Assembly: GCA_973895155.1 (NCBI GenBank)
Contig: OZ316891.1
Coordinates: forward strand, 12,832,771-12,896,770
Reading direction: 5' to 3'
From: Marsupella aquatica
Lineage: Eukaryota; Plantae; Marchantiophyta
DNA length: 64,000 nt
The position numbers and the translations under genes are program-made. How positions within the stretch are numbered: the stretch's first letter is position 1; each line of letters starts with the position of its first letter. Positions 1-10,625 of this stretch are shown here, piece after piece. The notes beneath the pieces were generated by a model. That model was not told the DNA's origin. It saw only the letters and a program-made list of their open reading frames with translations, and made no database searches.

Positions 1-19
1 TACCAAGTTAATAGAAGAA

Positions 20-170
20 ACCCAAGAAACTTTTAAATTTCTCTAACATTTACCAAGGTAATTTAAGAAACCCTTTGGCTACTATGGATAGAATAAACCC
101 AAGAAACTTTTAAACTTCTCTAACATTTACCAAGGTAATTTAAGAAACCCTTTGGCAACTATGGATAGAA
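20..170 (+). repeat. ~77-bp direct tandem repeat (2 copies), member of a dispersed repeat family
   Basis: acccaagaaacttttaaa..ttctctaacatttaccaaggtaatttaagaaaccctttgg starts at ~20 and ~97. A reverse-complement relative lies at ~61550-61590. Confidence 0.85.
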
Positions 171-454
171 GAGTAACAAGTGAAGGTCAAAAACACCATA
201 ATTACTATGGGTAGAGAAATACCAAGTGACTCTAAAACCTTTCAAATACTACTAGAGAGAATAATATTTTGTATGAACTATATGGTATGTCACATATATA
301 ATATAGACATGGAAGTACTAAGGGAAAAGTTTTGCATGGAGAATTACCCTAGAATGTATTCCTATTTGTCTTCCATGAAATTGTCCTAACTATCTTTAAA
401 ATTCATTTTATTTAGATTCCTCCATTTAATCTTTGTACTCTCATCCATCTATTC

Positions 455-2715
455 CCCCCTGAGGATCCTCAGTTTGGTTTTCCAGTTTTCTTCTCCTTTT
501 GCCAATGTATTGTAGCCGGTCGTTTGCCTCCTCCCGTCTCTCGGCTCTTGAGTGCTTCTCGTTTATTGGCCATGGCTAAGTCTTCACCGGGTGTTCGGCC
601 AATTGCTATTGGGGAGGTTTTTCTTTGGCTTGTGTCTCGCACACTTTCCTCGCAGTTTCGCTCTGCACTATCGGATCATCTCTCTCCACATCAGTTTGCA
701 GTTGGCGTTCCTGGCGGTTGTGAGACAGTTATTGCGGGTATTCGAGCTACCTTGGACCTCCACCCTGATTGGGTTGTCCTCCAGGTTGATGTCTCTAACG
801 CTTTTAATACGGTTTCTTGGGCAGCCATTTTTCATGCTTTGAGGGCGGCGGATCCAGACATCCAGTCCCTGATCCCCTTTGTCCGTTGTTTTTATGGACT
901 CGAGGCCCCACTCTTCTATAGTCATCACTCCTCTACAGGTGTGTATACCACTCTTTCCTCTGTAGAAGGTACTCGTCAGGGTGACCCTTTGGGTGGGCCT
1001 CTTTTTGCCATTGCCCATTTTACAACTTTACGGAAAGCCGCCATGGCCCACCCCCAGTGTATCTTCCCCCCCTTTCAGATGACACCCACATCATTGGTCC
1101 TCCTGCCGCGGTTACTTCTGCCCTCGCCACTCTTTCCACCCATTTGATGGGCCTCGGTTTACGAGTTCAGCCTGTGAAGAGTCGTGCATGGAGTCTAGCT
1201 GGGTTACCCTCTGATCTTGCGCTTCCCCCAGGGTTCTTACGTCCAGCCGATGGTCTTCGGGTCCTTGGCTCCCCAGTCGGTACCGCCTCCTTTTGCTCCT
1301 CTTTCATCGTTGACTCTCTACAGGTTGCCTTAGCCTCTACTCCTATGCTCCCTAAGTTAGCAGATTCTCAGGCAGCATTTGGGATGTTGTTGAGGTGCAT
1401 CCACCCTCGTGCATCTTATCTGGCTAGGACGCATCCCCCTACCGAGGATCTTTGTCTCCACCTTCGAGCATTTGATGTCTCCATTCATCAGACCCTGGCC
1501 TCTCTTTTGGGGCCGGGTACGTTGCTCTCATCTCCGTGGCTTCATCGACAACTCAGTCTTCCTATTTTGCAGGGTGGTTTTGGGCTTACTTCCATTAAGA
1601 GCCTTGCACTTTTGGCCTTTTTGGGTGCGTGGGCGGCCACCTTCTCATTGTTGGCCGATCGTTTTCTTATTGAGAATCGCCCTTTTTTACTTTCATCTCT
1701 CATGGAGGTAGAGGAGGGTTCCCTCCCGTTTCAGGTTCATTTGCGTGCAGCGCGGTCCTCATTACCAGATCCCATTCGCGCCGCGTTACCTTCTTTTCAG
1801 GAGTTTTTATCCTTGGATCCCGTTCGTCTTCAGGCAGACCTCCCTGGGCGTATGCACACTTTCACCCTTTCCAGCATCCTCTCCGAGGCACCTGACACGG
1901 ACCGAGCTTGGATTCTTTCTTCCGGAGGGAAGGGCGCAGGTGGATGGCTTCAGGCCAATCCAGTCATTCCTCATTTGCGGATATCTTCAACGGAGTTCTC
2001 CACAGCCATGCGTCTTCGTATGGGGCTGCCCCACCCACTTCTTGCAGGTTTACCCCCTTCTTGCACTTGTGGGAAGCCTTGTGATGCCACAAGTGTCCAT
2101 CTTCTTCGGTGCAATTTGGGAGGTGAAACCATTATTGTTCACGACGTTGTGCGAGATGCGACTGCTCAGGTTCTCTCTGGCTCTTTGGTATGCGTGCGGC
2201 GGGAGGTGGTACTCGAGTTACCTGGTCCTCCATCACAGCGATTACGGGTGGATCTTACCATGGTCCGTGAGGGTCAACGTACATTGGCAGATGTAGTGGT
2301 GGCAAACCCATTGCGCCAAGACATCATTGGGACAACGGCAACTACGGCAGGGGCAGCAGCGTCACGTGCGGCAACAACGAAGGAGGCCAAATATGCTGCA
2401 CGAGCTTCATTCGACAGCTTCCTCCCCCTTGCTCTGGAGCTATTTGGGCGTCTTCATCCTCAGTTTGATGGGCTTCTTCGGCAAGCTGCTCGGGATGTTC
2501 ATGGCCGCATGGGTCCCACCGGACCCCCGCTTTCTATTTTGACCACGCACTTTCGCCAACGCATTTCAGTCACCTTGCAGCGTGCTCAAGCTCGGGCCAT
2601 CTATCGTCGATCTCTTACAGTGGGTGCTAGTGTGCCTCCGCAGCGGCTAGCTCCCCTAGAGGATGTTCCAATCCCACTTGCCGATCTAGCTTTGACCTTT
2701 GATGTGGACCAGTAG
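455..2715 (+). pseudogene. RT-zinc knuckle-RLE polyprotein ORF, 5' truncated, one frameshift at the C7 run 1066-1072
   Basis: RT motifs VRPIAIGE, HQFAVG, DVSNAFN, GTRQGDPLG and LSDD, then LRVLGSPVG and GGFGL. Zinc knuckle CTCG..HLLRC. RLE motifs HD.VRD, RRE, RVD, ADV, KEAKY and FLPLALELFG. ORFs 524-1147 and 1057-2715 join by a -1 shift. Confidence 0.88.
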
Positions 2716-2956
2716 CTTTTTGCCACATTCGCTAGGAATGATGAGGACCTCGGTCCGCTTGGGTTAGTTTTAGTCTCTCTTTCTTGGTTTTTAGAGGTTC
2801 CCTATTGCTCATTTCTTACTTTTAGTTCCTCTTTCTTGGTGTTTAGTGGTTCCCTTTTGCTCACTTCTTTTTCGATTGGTTTTGTCCACTTGGGCCCTCT
2901 TTTGTTTGTTCATTTGTACTCTGATTGGTCCCTTTGTATATAAAAAGTGTGTATAT
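455..2956 (+). mobile_element. 5'-truncated non-LTR retrotransposon, RT + restriction-like endonuclease (CRE/R2-like group)
   Basis: Flanked by a perfect 11-bp direct repeat TCCATCTATTC (444-454 and 2957-2967). The RT frame is open from base 455. T-rich 3' UTR at 2716-2956 contains an internal ~52-bp duplication and ends ...gtatataaaaagtgtgtatat. Confidence 0.9.
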
Positions 2957-3420
2957 TCCATCTATTCAAATGTGCAATTCATCATGGCTCCAATCCTTTA
3001 ATAAAACAAGCTTACATAATCAAGGGGTCCGGGCAATAATTTCATTATTTTTCTCCTTTCTTCAAATTTCATGCAACTTTTAATTTTACTTTCTTTACCA
3101 AGAGCCAAGTAGAGTCCATATCTCAAAATGCCCTTACAGACCCTTCCGTAAATTACAGAAAGATGCAAAGAGAAGATTTTGAAAGAATTAAGGACACTGC
3201 ACTTTAGCTAGCAGCTCAGTGACATTGTCATGTGCTCAAGTTTGAATGATCCATTGTAGAGGTCTAGCCGTGGGTAATATGGGCCTCAGCAATTTATGGC
3301 TTCCCCCTTAGAGTACATCCATGTCCCGTTTGCAGATTTTTTAATGACACTAGATGCATACCATTAGTTTATTGGACCATTGCACTGCATGTGGACCGTT
3401 GGCTCGTCACACGATTAAGG

Positions 3421-3635
3421 TAGATTTTGATCTCTTAGTTTTTCCTATTCCTATTGTAGGTTATTGGGGTTTGCATTTGCCTGAAGGGTCCTGTCTGTGT
3501 CCTCACTTGACCTTTGTTGCTTTTACTCTTTTGTACTGTATTTTAGCATACTTTTAAATGTGTTTTCTTTTTTGCTTTTTAACGTGTTTTCTTTTCGGCC
3601 ACTCTGATTAGCGTCAACTTGTGTGAAGGAAAAGA
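3421..3635 (+). mobile_element. Degenerate non-LTR 3'-tail fragment
   Basis: T-rich tract with tgtgtcctcacttgacctttgttgctttt...tgtact, resembling the 3' end of the 455-2956 element and the 27.9-28.6 kb units. Ends in A-rich gaaggaaaaga. Confidence 0.4.
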
Positions 3636-4943
3636 TGCCAGGAATAGCCCTCACCTAATTTACTATATCACTTTCTGACCATCAGCCCTCCCTAGATTTA
3701 AGAATAACCCTTAGATTCTGGCAAATGGAAGATAAATAACATAGCCAATTCTTACCAGAAGTGGCCAAGACCTTGTAGAAAGGTGGAATTAAAAATCTAA
3801 AAACCTTGTTTAGTAAATTGGTCCTTTTCAACCAAAATATTGAAGGTCCTCGAACACCGCTCTTGGGGAACAGCGTGGGGTCCACTGCCATTGACAAATG
3901 GAGACCAACGAGATTTCTTCAGCCTCAATTATAGCAAGTGCCCGGCAGCCAGCATCAAGGCGACAAGGCTATGCTTTGCTCTCCTCAGCCCTTCCTTGGC
4001 CCTGCCCCACCTGATCAGCTAGCATCCTTGTTTCGTTCCTTCCCTTCCTTCACGAATGGCTGCGGTGGTTTGGAGTTCCACCTAGCCGCCTTTCCAAGGC
4101 CACCAGTCCACTCACACTCCATGACTCCACCTCTAGAGGGGATGATAATTGTCATCATAGGTGTGCCTCTTTCCTCTTTCGAAAGATACTTTGTAACAGC
4201 GTGAGACACACAACAATATCTGCGGCCCAACCACGAAAGGAGGTGACACAAACGTTATAATGATTAGTCTGTACCACAACTCCAACTTACTTTGGCCATG
4301 AGAGCACTTACTTTGGGCTGTATAGTTTATTCTATTTTGTAAGGGACCTGAATTGCCGAATTGGCGACTGCCTCGAGGGTCCAGTATCTACTTATGAATA
4401 TTCCTATATTTATGGACAGCCCTCAGATCTTGAATGTACTAGTGTACCTTATTGTGTACTCCTTATTTTTTGGTAGTTTGTGAGGGATGTATATTAGCGA
4501 CTGCCTCAAGGGTCCAGGAGCAAACAGGTGGCCAATGTTTACTTACGAATAGACCTAAATCAAAGGGTTGGCTTTAGCTCAAAGCAGACTTTGGTGAATC
4601 TGGTCCAAGTTTTTCATCATATTTTCTCGTATCAGTTGCCAATCCTTTGAAGGAGGTCAGATTTTGCATAATATTAGCCAACTAAAACATCACAGCAGCT
4701 GCCCGCAACCCCACACTACTTCCCTTGCTGTCTAAAACAAGAGGGGGACAGAGCCCGAAACCAGACCCCATGCAATCAGGGAGAGAGGTTCAAACCCAAG
4801 AAAGTAGCCAGAGGGCAAGTCAGATGGCATTACATGAAAAGCGCAATGTGTGTTAGAGAGATATATCCCTAAAGAACAAAACTGAAAGACGCTCAAGGCG
4901 CAAATCAGCTGGGGGCCCAGAGCTAGCAACACATAACTGTTTC

Positions 4944-5216
4944 CACTACTAATCGGAATTCAAATTGCAACTTTTAAGTACATTACCACTAAAGATGTTT
5001 GAATTTACAATATTGTCACTATTTTTTCATATTTACAAAAATATAATGGTTTCTGTATATAGTTTCCCGGGTTACCTTGGTAAACTTGTTCTCCATATAT
5101 AAAATTATGATATTTTTATAAATACAAAAAAATAGTGATAATGTGAATTGGAACATCTTTAATGACAAAGTAATTAAAAGTTAATTCAAATTGTCATCCA
5201 TGAATAGTAGGTAGTG
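4944..5216. mobile_element. AT-rich foldback MITE with CACTA-type termini
   Basis: Begins CACTAC (4944) and ends GTAGTG (5216). Long imperfect inverted arms, e.g. cactaaagatgtt...tcactattttttcatatttacaaaaatat vs atatttttataaatacaaaaaaatagtga...aacatctttaatg. No clean 3-bp TSD. Confidence 0.65.
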
Positions 5217-8200
5217 TCAAATTTGAAAGACAGATGACCAGGGCATAAATCCCACCATAGTCATCGTGAGTTCCGTCCCGTTATGGGAGTGGAATAAAGT
5301 TATGGAGGGTCTGCTTCTTTTTCTTAAAAAAACTTTTCGAAGCAAATAAGCTGGCAGTGGTGTTGCATGACGCTGCCCCATAATATTTCCCTTCCCGTGC
5401 ATGCAATGCAGTGAATAATTTGATGGCAAGCGGCTACTTTGGGCTCGATAGTACTGCCTCAACTCCCCACAACCCTCCAATACTTCCATTGCCATGCAAG
5501 TGCATAATTTGGCAAGCACTAACTGTAGATAGCAGCTACGTCAGCAATCTTCCCTTACCATGCAGGGAATGATTTGGCAGGCTGGTAGTGTAGGTAGATT
5601 ACTTTGTCAATATTTTTTTGGCAGAGACTAGGGAGCCTATAACAAAAGTTCTAACCTCGATGGAATCTCTATTCAAACCTTTAAATTTGAATGGGATCAC
5701 AACAAGTAATTTTTTACTGCTAAAACTCTCTCCTTCTAAATGTGTATCATCCAAGCTCAAATGTACATTTCCAGAGACCCTCTACGACCTAATATATCTG
5801 ACTATAATCATTTTAGGTTCTAGGAAATTACTAAAATGTCTGCCAGCATTGCAAGGATGCGTGAATGGACCACCAAATTTGACCCAACGACTCATATGGA
5901 CTACGTAAACCTTTGACACCCAGATAGTAAACATGTATACAAAGGGAAAGCTGGCAACAAAGTACTATTTTGAGGAAGAGTTTATCTGGGTTGGTATGGT
6001 GCATCCTAGTTCTTTATTGTCAAGCATGGTGGTCCATGGAGCTTCGTTTTCTTCACCAGCCAGCACTCACATAGACAAACTCAAAGTTCCTCCAAGGGTT
6101 AGCTCACTTAATATGAGCTTGTAAACCTGCCAGTGCAACTCCTCGTCCCCATATCGGCTTAAAGCTCATATGTGATTTAATCTTGGCACCCCTAACTTTG
6201 TGGAGAGATGCTCTATCATCGATCATAATTATTACAAAGTAGCCAAGGGGTCACGTTCCAATCCTATAACACAGAAATGGGGCCTGGGGTGGATTGGCTT
6301 TGCAAGAAGCATAAAGGAGCAGTAGGGCCCACTCTACACTCATAGAAGAATAGTTTCACGAACTGTGCAGTTATATAGAGTAGTACTAAATGATTTGAGC
6401 TTTTTCAACTTGCATTGTTGGGAGTAACATTTCATAGCTTCAGAAAAATACTCAAGCAAAATAAAAAAGGAAAAAGCTTCCTTCCACTCGACAAAAAGGA
6501 GGATATCTAAAAGAAAGAAGAAAATAACTAAAGTATCTTTCTAGAAGAGATAACAAAGGGTTTGGGCCTGGTGCTTTTTTAAACCTCCATAGGCTTAAAA
6601 GATTTGTAAGACAGAAGGGAAAAACCGGCTTCTCTTTTGCCAATATCTCAGAAGAAAAGTTCTTAAAGCACATAAAATTTGTGCCAGAGTGTATCCCGTT
6701 CTTTGCTGTTGGCAAATTAACACCTCATTTCAATTAAGCATATACATGTTGATTTGGTAATGGAGTACTAACGATCTTGATGGATAGTGCACCCTACACA
6801 AAGTTTGGGAAAGAGTTTGATACTAAATGTGAAATGCCATAAACCCAATATGAATGTTAGTGGCGTTCTCCATGTAGTGCCCGCTACAGGGACTACCTGG
6901 TACTACATAATATTCTGTTGAGGTTTCCTGATCTTGCGCTTACTTTGGTAATGATCAGCAGTGCTCACAGGTCCAATTCCAACTTTCCTGGTACAGCACA
7001 TAATAAAGAAATTGGCACTGTGCTTCACTCTTGCTGGGCTGTTCAAAATAATTGTAATATGTATACAATACAGTGCCATCGAAAGCTACAATGAGGGCCT
7101 ACATTCTAGAGTGAAGTCTGTAAACCATGACTCTATGGGCAAAGCTATAATTAGTGTGGCACTGGACAACAGGCACACTTATGGTTTGGGTTGGAACTGG
7201 AAATGCGCACGCTGATACTCACAGTGTATTCAAGCTAGTCCAAACACATGTTGGGAAGTACTTCTCTTGATGATAAAATGCAACACCGGACCCAAACTTA
7301 CAGCCAAAACATGGAGAGCTGATACTGTCCCTAACGATAAGGCAACATCGTTAGAGTTCATAGATTGAGATTCCGTATCCATACATGTGTGGCTGAGTAT
7401 GGGGCTTTGTTACCTTGACCTACTGTAGTTTTCAGGATTTGTCACTTTCTTTGTGTTTGAGGGGGGATTGTGGATCCTGCTTGATTATGCTGTTGCCAGT
7501 CTCCTTATACTGTGTATTCTTGTTTCTTTCCAATGAAGGAAAAGATTGGGACACCCTTGTTCATGGCAAATTGATGCTCTGATCCACTACAATCTGTAAC
7601 CATGCAACGAGGTATTGTATATTGTGAGTAAACAGGAATTCTGTTAGCCTAGACACTAATGGTTGATTTTTTTGTTGCTTTTGGCTGCCTTTGTACATTT
7701 CATGTTTTTTTGTGACTCCAGATGGCTAGCGAGGTTGCTAGTAAAAAGAGGAGTCCCAAAAATGTATATTATCAACCAGGTTGTTGTTAGCGGTGCAGTT
7801 GAATATAGAAAATTTAGGGGTCATGTGAGAAACAATTTTGCTCATACGAGTAAAACTTTTACTCTTTCCTCGCTTGTTACAATGACCCCCATGCAACTGA
7901 GATGGACCTACTGTAGCAGGTTAAAAACGCCAAAATGTGGCGATTAGACAACAAAGATATGATTTGAGCAAACAACACTTGGAAATGGTCCATCTCTTCT
8001 TGCTTGGAGGAACTTCACCGTCAATTCTACAGGAAAGAGTCTCACTACATGGGGGTCTCACTGCATGGGGGTCTCACCACGTAATGTTTCCAAATATGGC
8101 GCCCACCAACCAAACACCTGCAAAGAATATTCTTGCTGATGTGAGGCAGCTCAGTACCCAGCCTAGACAAACAAACAAAAAGTAGTCTACCAGACAACAA

Positions 8201-9610
8201 AGTAGCAGCCATTTTAAAATTCTTTTGTAAGTATATATATATTAAGGGAGACAAAGTGGCGACCACCTCCTCGTGCGTGAGAAGTCCTTTCTAATTATTG
8301 AATACATATCCGGCCAATCTTCCTGATGATAAGGGTGACAGTTAGATCTAAGAACATATGGGAAATAAAGTCTACATTGGATCCATGTTTCGGCCGATGA
8401 CTCTGAGTTTTCATTAATTTTTCCTTGGCATGATTAGCCAGACCATTAGTAAAATAAGATTTGGACCAATTTTGTCTTAAAAATGCCCAAACTGGAACCC
8501 TGATGGACCCAAACGTCTGGAAATATGCCCAGGTAGACTGCAAGAAAACCTTGTCTAAACTCAGATAGTACAGTTTCGGTGAAAACCACATTTTTGGGTC
8601 AAAAGTGAACTGGTCCATTTGGGTTGCAAGGTTCACTCAAGTGGTCCATCTCAGCACTGTTTCAAATCTGGCTGATGTGTACCGTAGTTGTAACCTGACT
8701 AGTAATAATTGATTGCAGAAATTGAACTTGCTTTGCGATCAAACTTTTCAGTCACAATGTTTTCTGAGTGCACTATTCGGGCATGTTGTTGACACCCAAC
8801 CAAGACATCTGTTTCCGACCTATTTCGCACCCTGTAAAAACATTTAGACTACGGTGTCAGGAATTTAATTCCGTCCCCAGATTCCCAAAAAATCAGCTTA
8901 TATTTCGCGCCCGGTCCGGCTTGTCTGAAACACCCATTTACTGCATTGGGCCCTTCTTCTTCTTCATTTTTGTAGATTATTTGGGCGAACAGAATTCTCC
9001 GAGCAGAGGAATCTCGAGATACATACCAGTCCAACAAAATGCCGGGATCTTAGGGAATAAGAAGTCCGTCGTCTTCTCGCTTTGACCCACCGACCGACCT
9101 CCAATGCTCGTGTGGGTTTCCGCCCTCCCTTGATATACGGGAGGGAGGAGACTGTGAGTCGCAGCTAGCTTGCGTGATGAGATAGTGTGAGATTGGGCTC
9201 ATGCTTCTACAGAATTTTGCGGTGCGGCTGCTATCCGAAATGTTGGTCTGTGCACTGTACTACCTTACTGTAGCTGGCTACTAGGAAGGCGCAGCATGAG
9301 CCAGAATCGCAGAACACTCAAACAGGAAAGTGTGGTACAAAACTTTGTTGGGCATCGCACAAAAGAAGACCAAAAGGGATGGACTGGAGAAAAAGCGGTC
9401 AATAATTACAGGAATAGATATCAATCAGGCCGCCCTACCAGAATCCAATCAAAGCTAAGGACATGATTCGAAAGTACAAGTTAGTAATATAGGCTCCTCC
9501 TTTTTTTCTTCTTCCTCGAAGAATTGAAATAATTCGATTCCAACGAAAGAAAGAGCACACAGCAGGGCAGCACACGAACTGGGCTAAAACAATTCCTTTG
9601 CAAGCAATCA

Positions 9611-9663
9611 GAGGGAGTCAGAGAGAGAGTAGGGAGGGAGGGAGGGAGGGAGGGAGAGGAGAG
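9611..9663 (+). repeat. GA/GGGA-rich low-complexity tract, possible promoter or 5' leader element of the glucanase gene
   Basis: gagagagagtagggagggagggagggagggagggagaggagag, about 1 kb upstream of ATG 10626. Confidence 0.55.
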
Positions 9664-10625
9664 ACTGGTGAGGCAGAAACGTTGTATGTAAGTGGTATAA
9701 ATCAATAATGTCTGCCTGTCCTTCACAGAGTGGACGCCCATTCTCCATAAACGCAGACGAGTCATCAGTAATAACATCCCGCACAGAATCCGTCCAACGA
9801 CAGTCGTAGTAGAAAGATGTTGTGCGCCTGTACTGCTATGGGAGTCAAAGACTGGTATCAAGTACTCTTCTAGGACCACCACCACCGGAAAAGGAGTCGA
9901 GTAGTAGTGAGATCTTTGGTCACTGCTGCTGCTACGACTAAAACGCGGCTGATGGTACTGTTCTCGAGGCTTGCTTACATAAGCTTTGGTATCATCAGCA
10001 GGAGTACAACGTTGGTTAGAACGACGGGAGAGAAAGAAAGCAATAATTTCTCGCATTATAGCATTATGCGGGAACGATCACCGTTGCTGCAGGTAGTAAC
10101 GTCTCTTTCTGTCAGGAGCAGCGATACCATTGCGACGGACGGCAGTGAGTCCTTGCCTTGTCTTTCCTGCAGAATCAGCCGCTGACCTGAGAGAAAAACA
10201 ATGAGCGAGAGGTGTGGGCAACAGTGTATAATGTCACAAAGCGGACAAAAGATCGTGCGAGGGAAGAGCTGAGTTCGTTTGCTGGTTTGTTGCACAACTG
10301 TCCTTTATTGGCACAGTAACTCCAAAGCCGTGTCTCTAGGAATGCGAGTCGGAGCATTCTTCAACTCAGTGCGCCTTTAGACAGACCGAGGGCTGTAGGA
10401 ATTTAGTTTGTGGATCGATTGATCGGCTGAACTGATTGATTCAATCCCGACATTCGACCCACCCTGGAGTCTGGGTGAGTTGCGTCGTCGCATTCTCTGG
10501 TTTGGCCGAGGGAGCTCTTGTCGAAGGTATCGTCACGGGGTAGAGGAAGCTGAATCCGGTCAGCTCTAGAATTTGTTTTCCTCAGCAAATTCCTTCGTTT
10601 GCAATCGGAGCACAGAAGGGTCAAC

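Noticed and set aside
524-2715. Bacterial retron, group II intron or DGR reverse transcriptase
   Set aside because: The C-terminal CCHC+RLE domain, TSD, 5' truncation and 3' UTR all indicate a non-LTR retrotransposon. I saw no intron domain V or TR/VR pair.
3680-4260. Possible TE coding relic
   Set aside because: No frame gave a motif I could assign with confidence.
9481-10056. 191-aa minus-strand ORF
   Set aside because: Low-complexity translation of GA-rich leader/promoter sequence with no recognisable domain.
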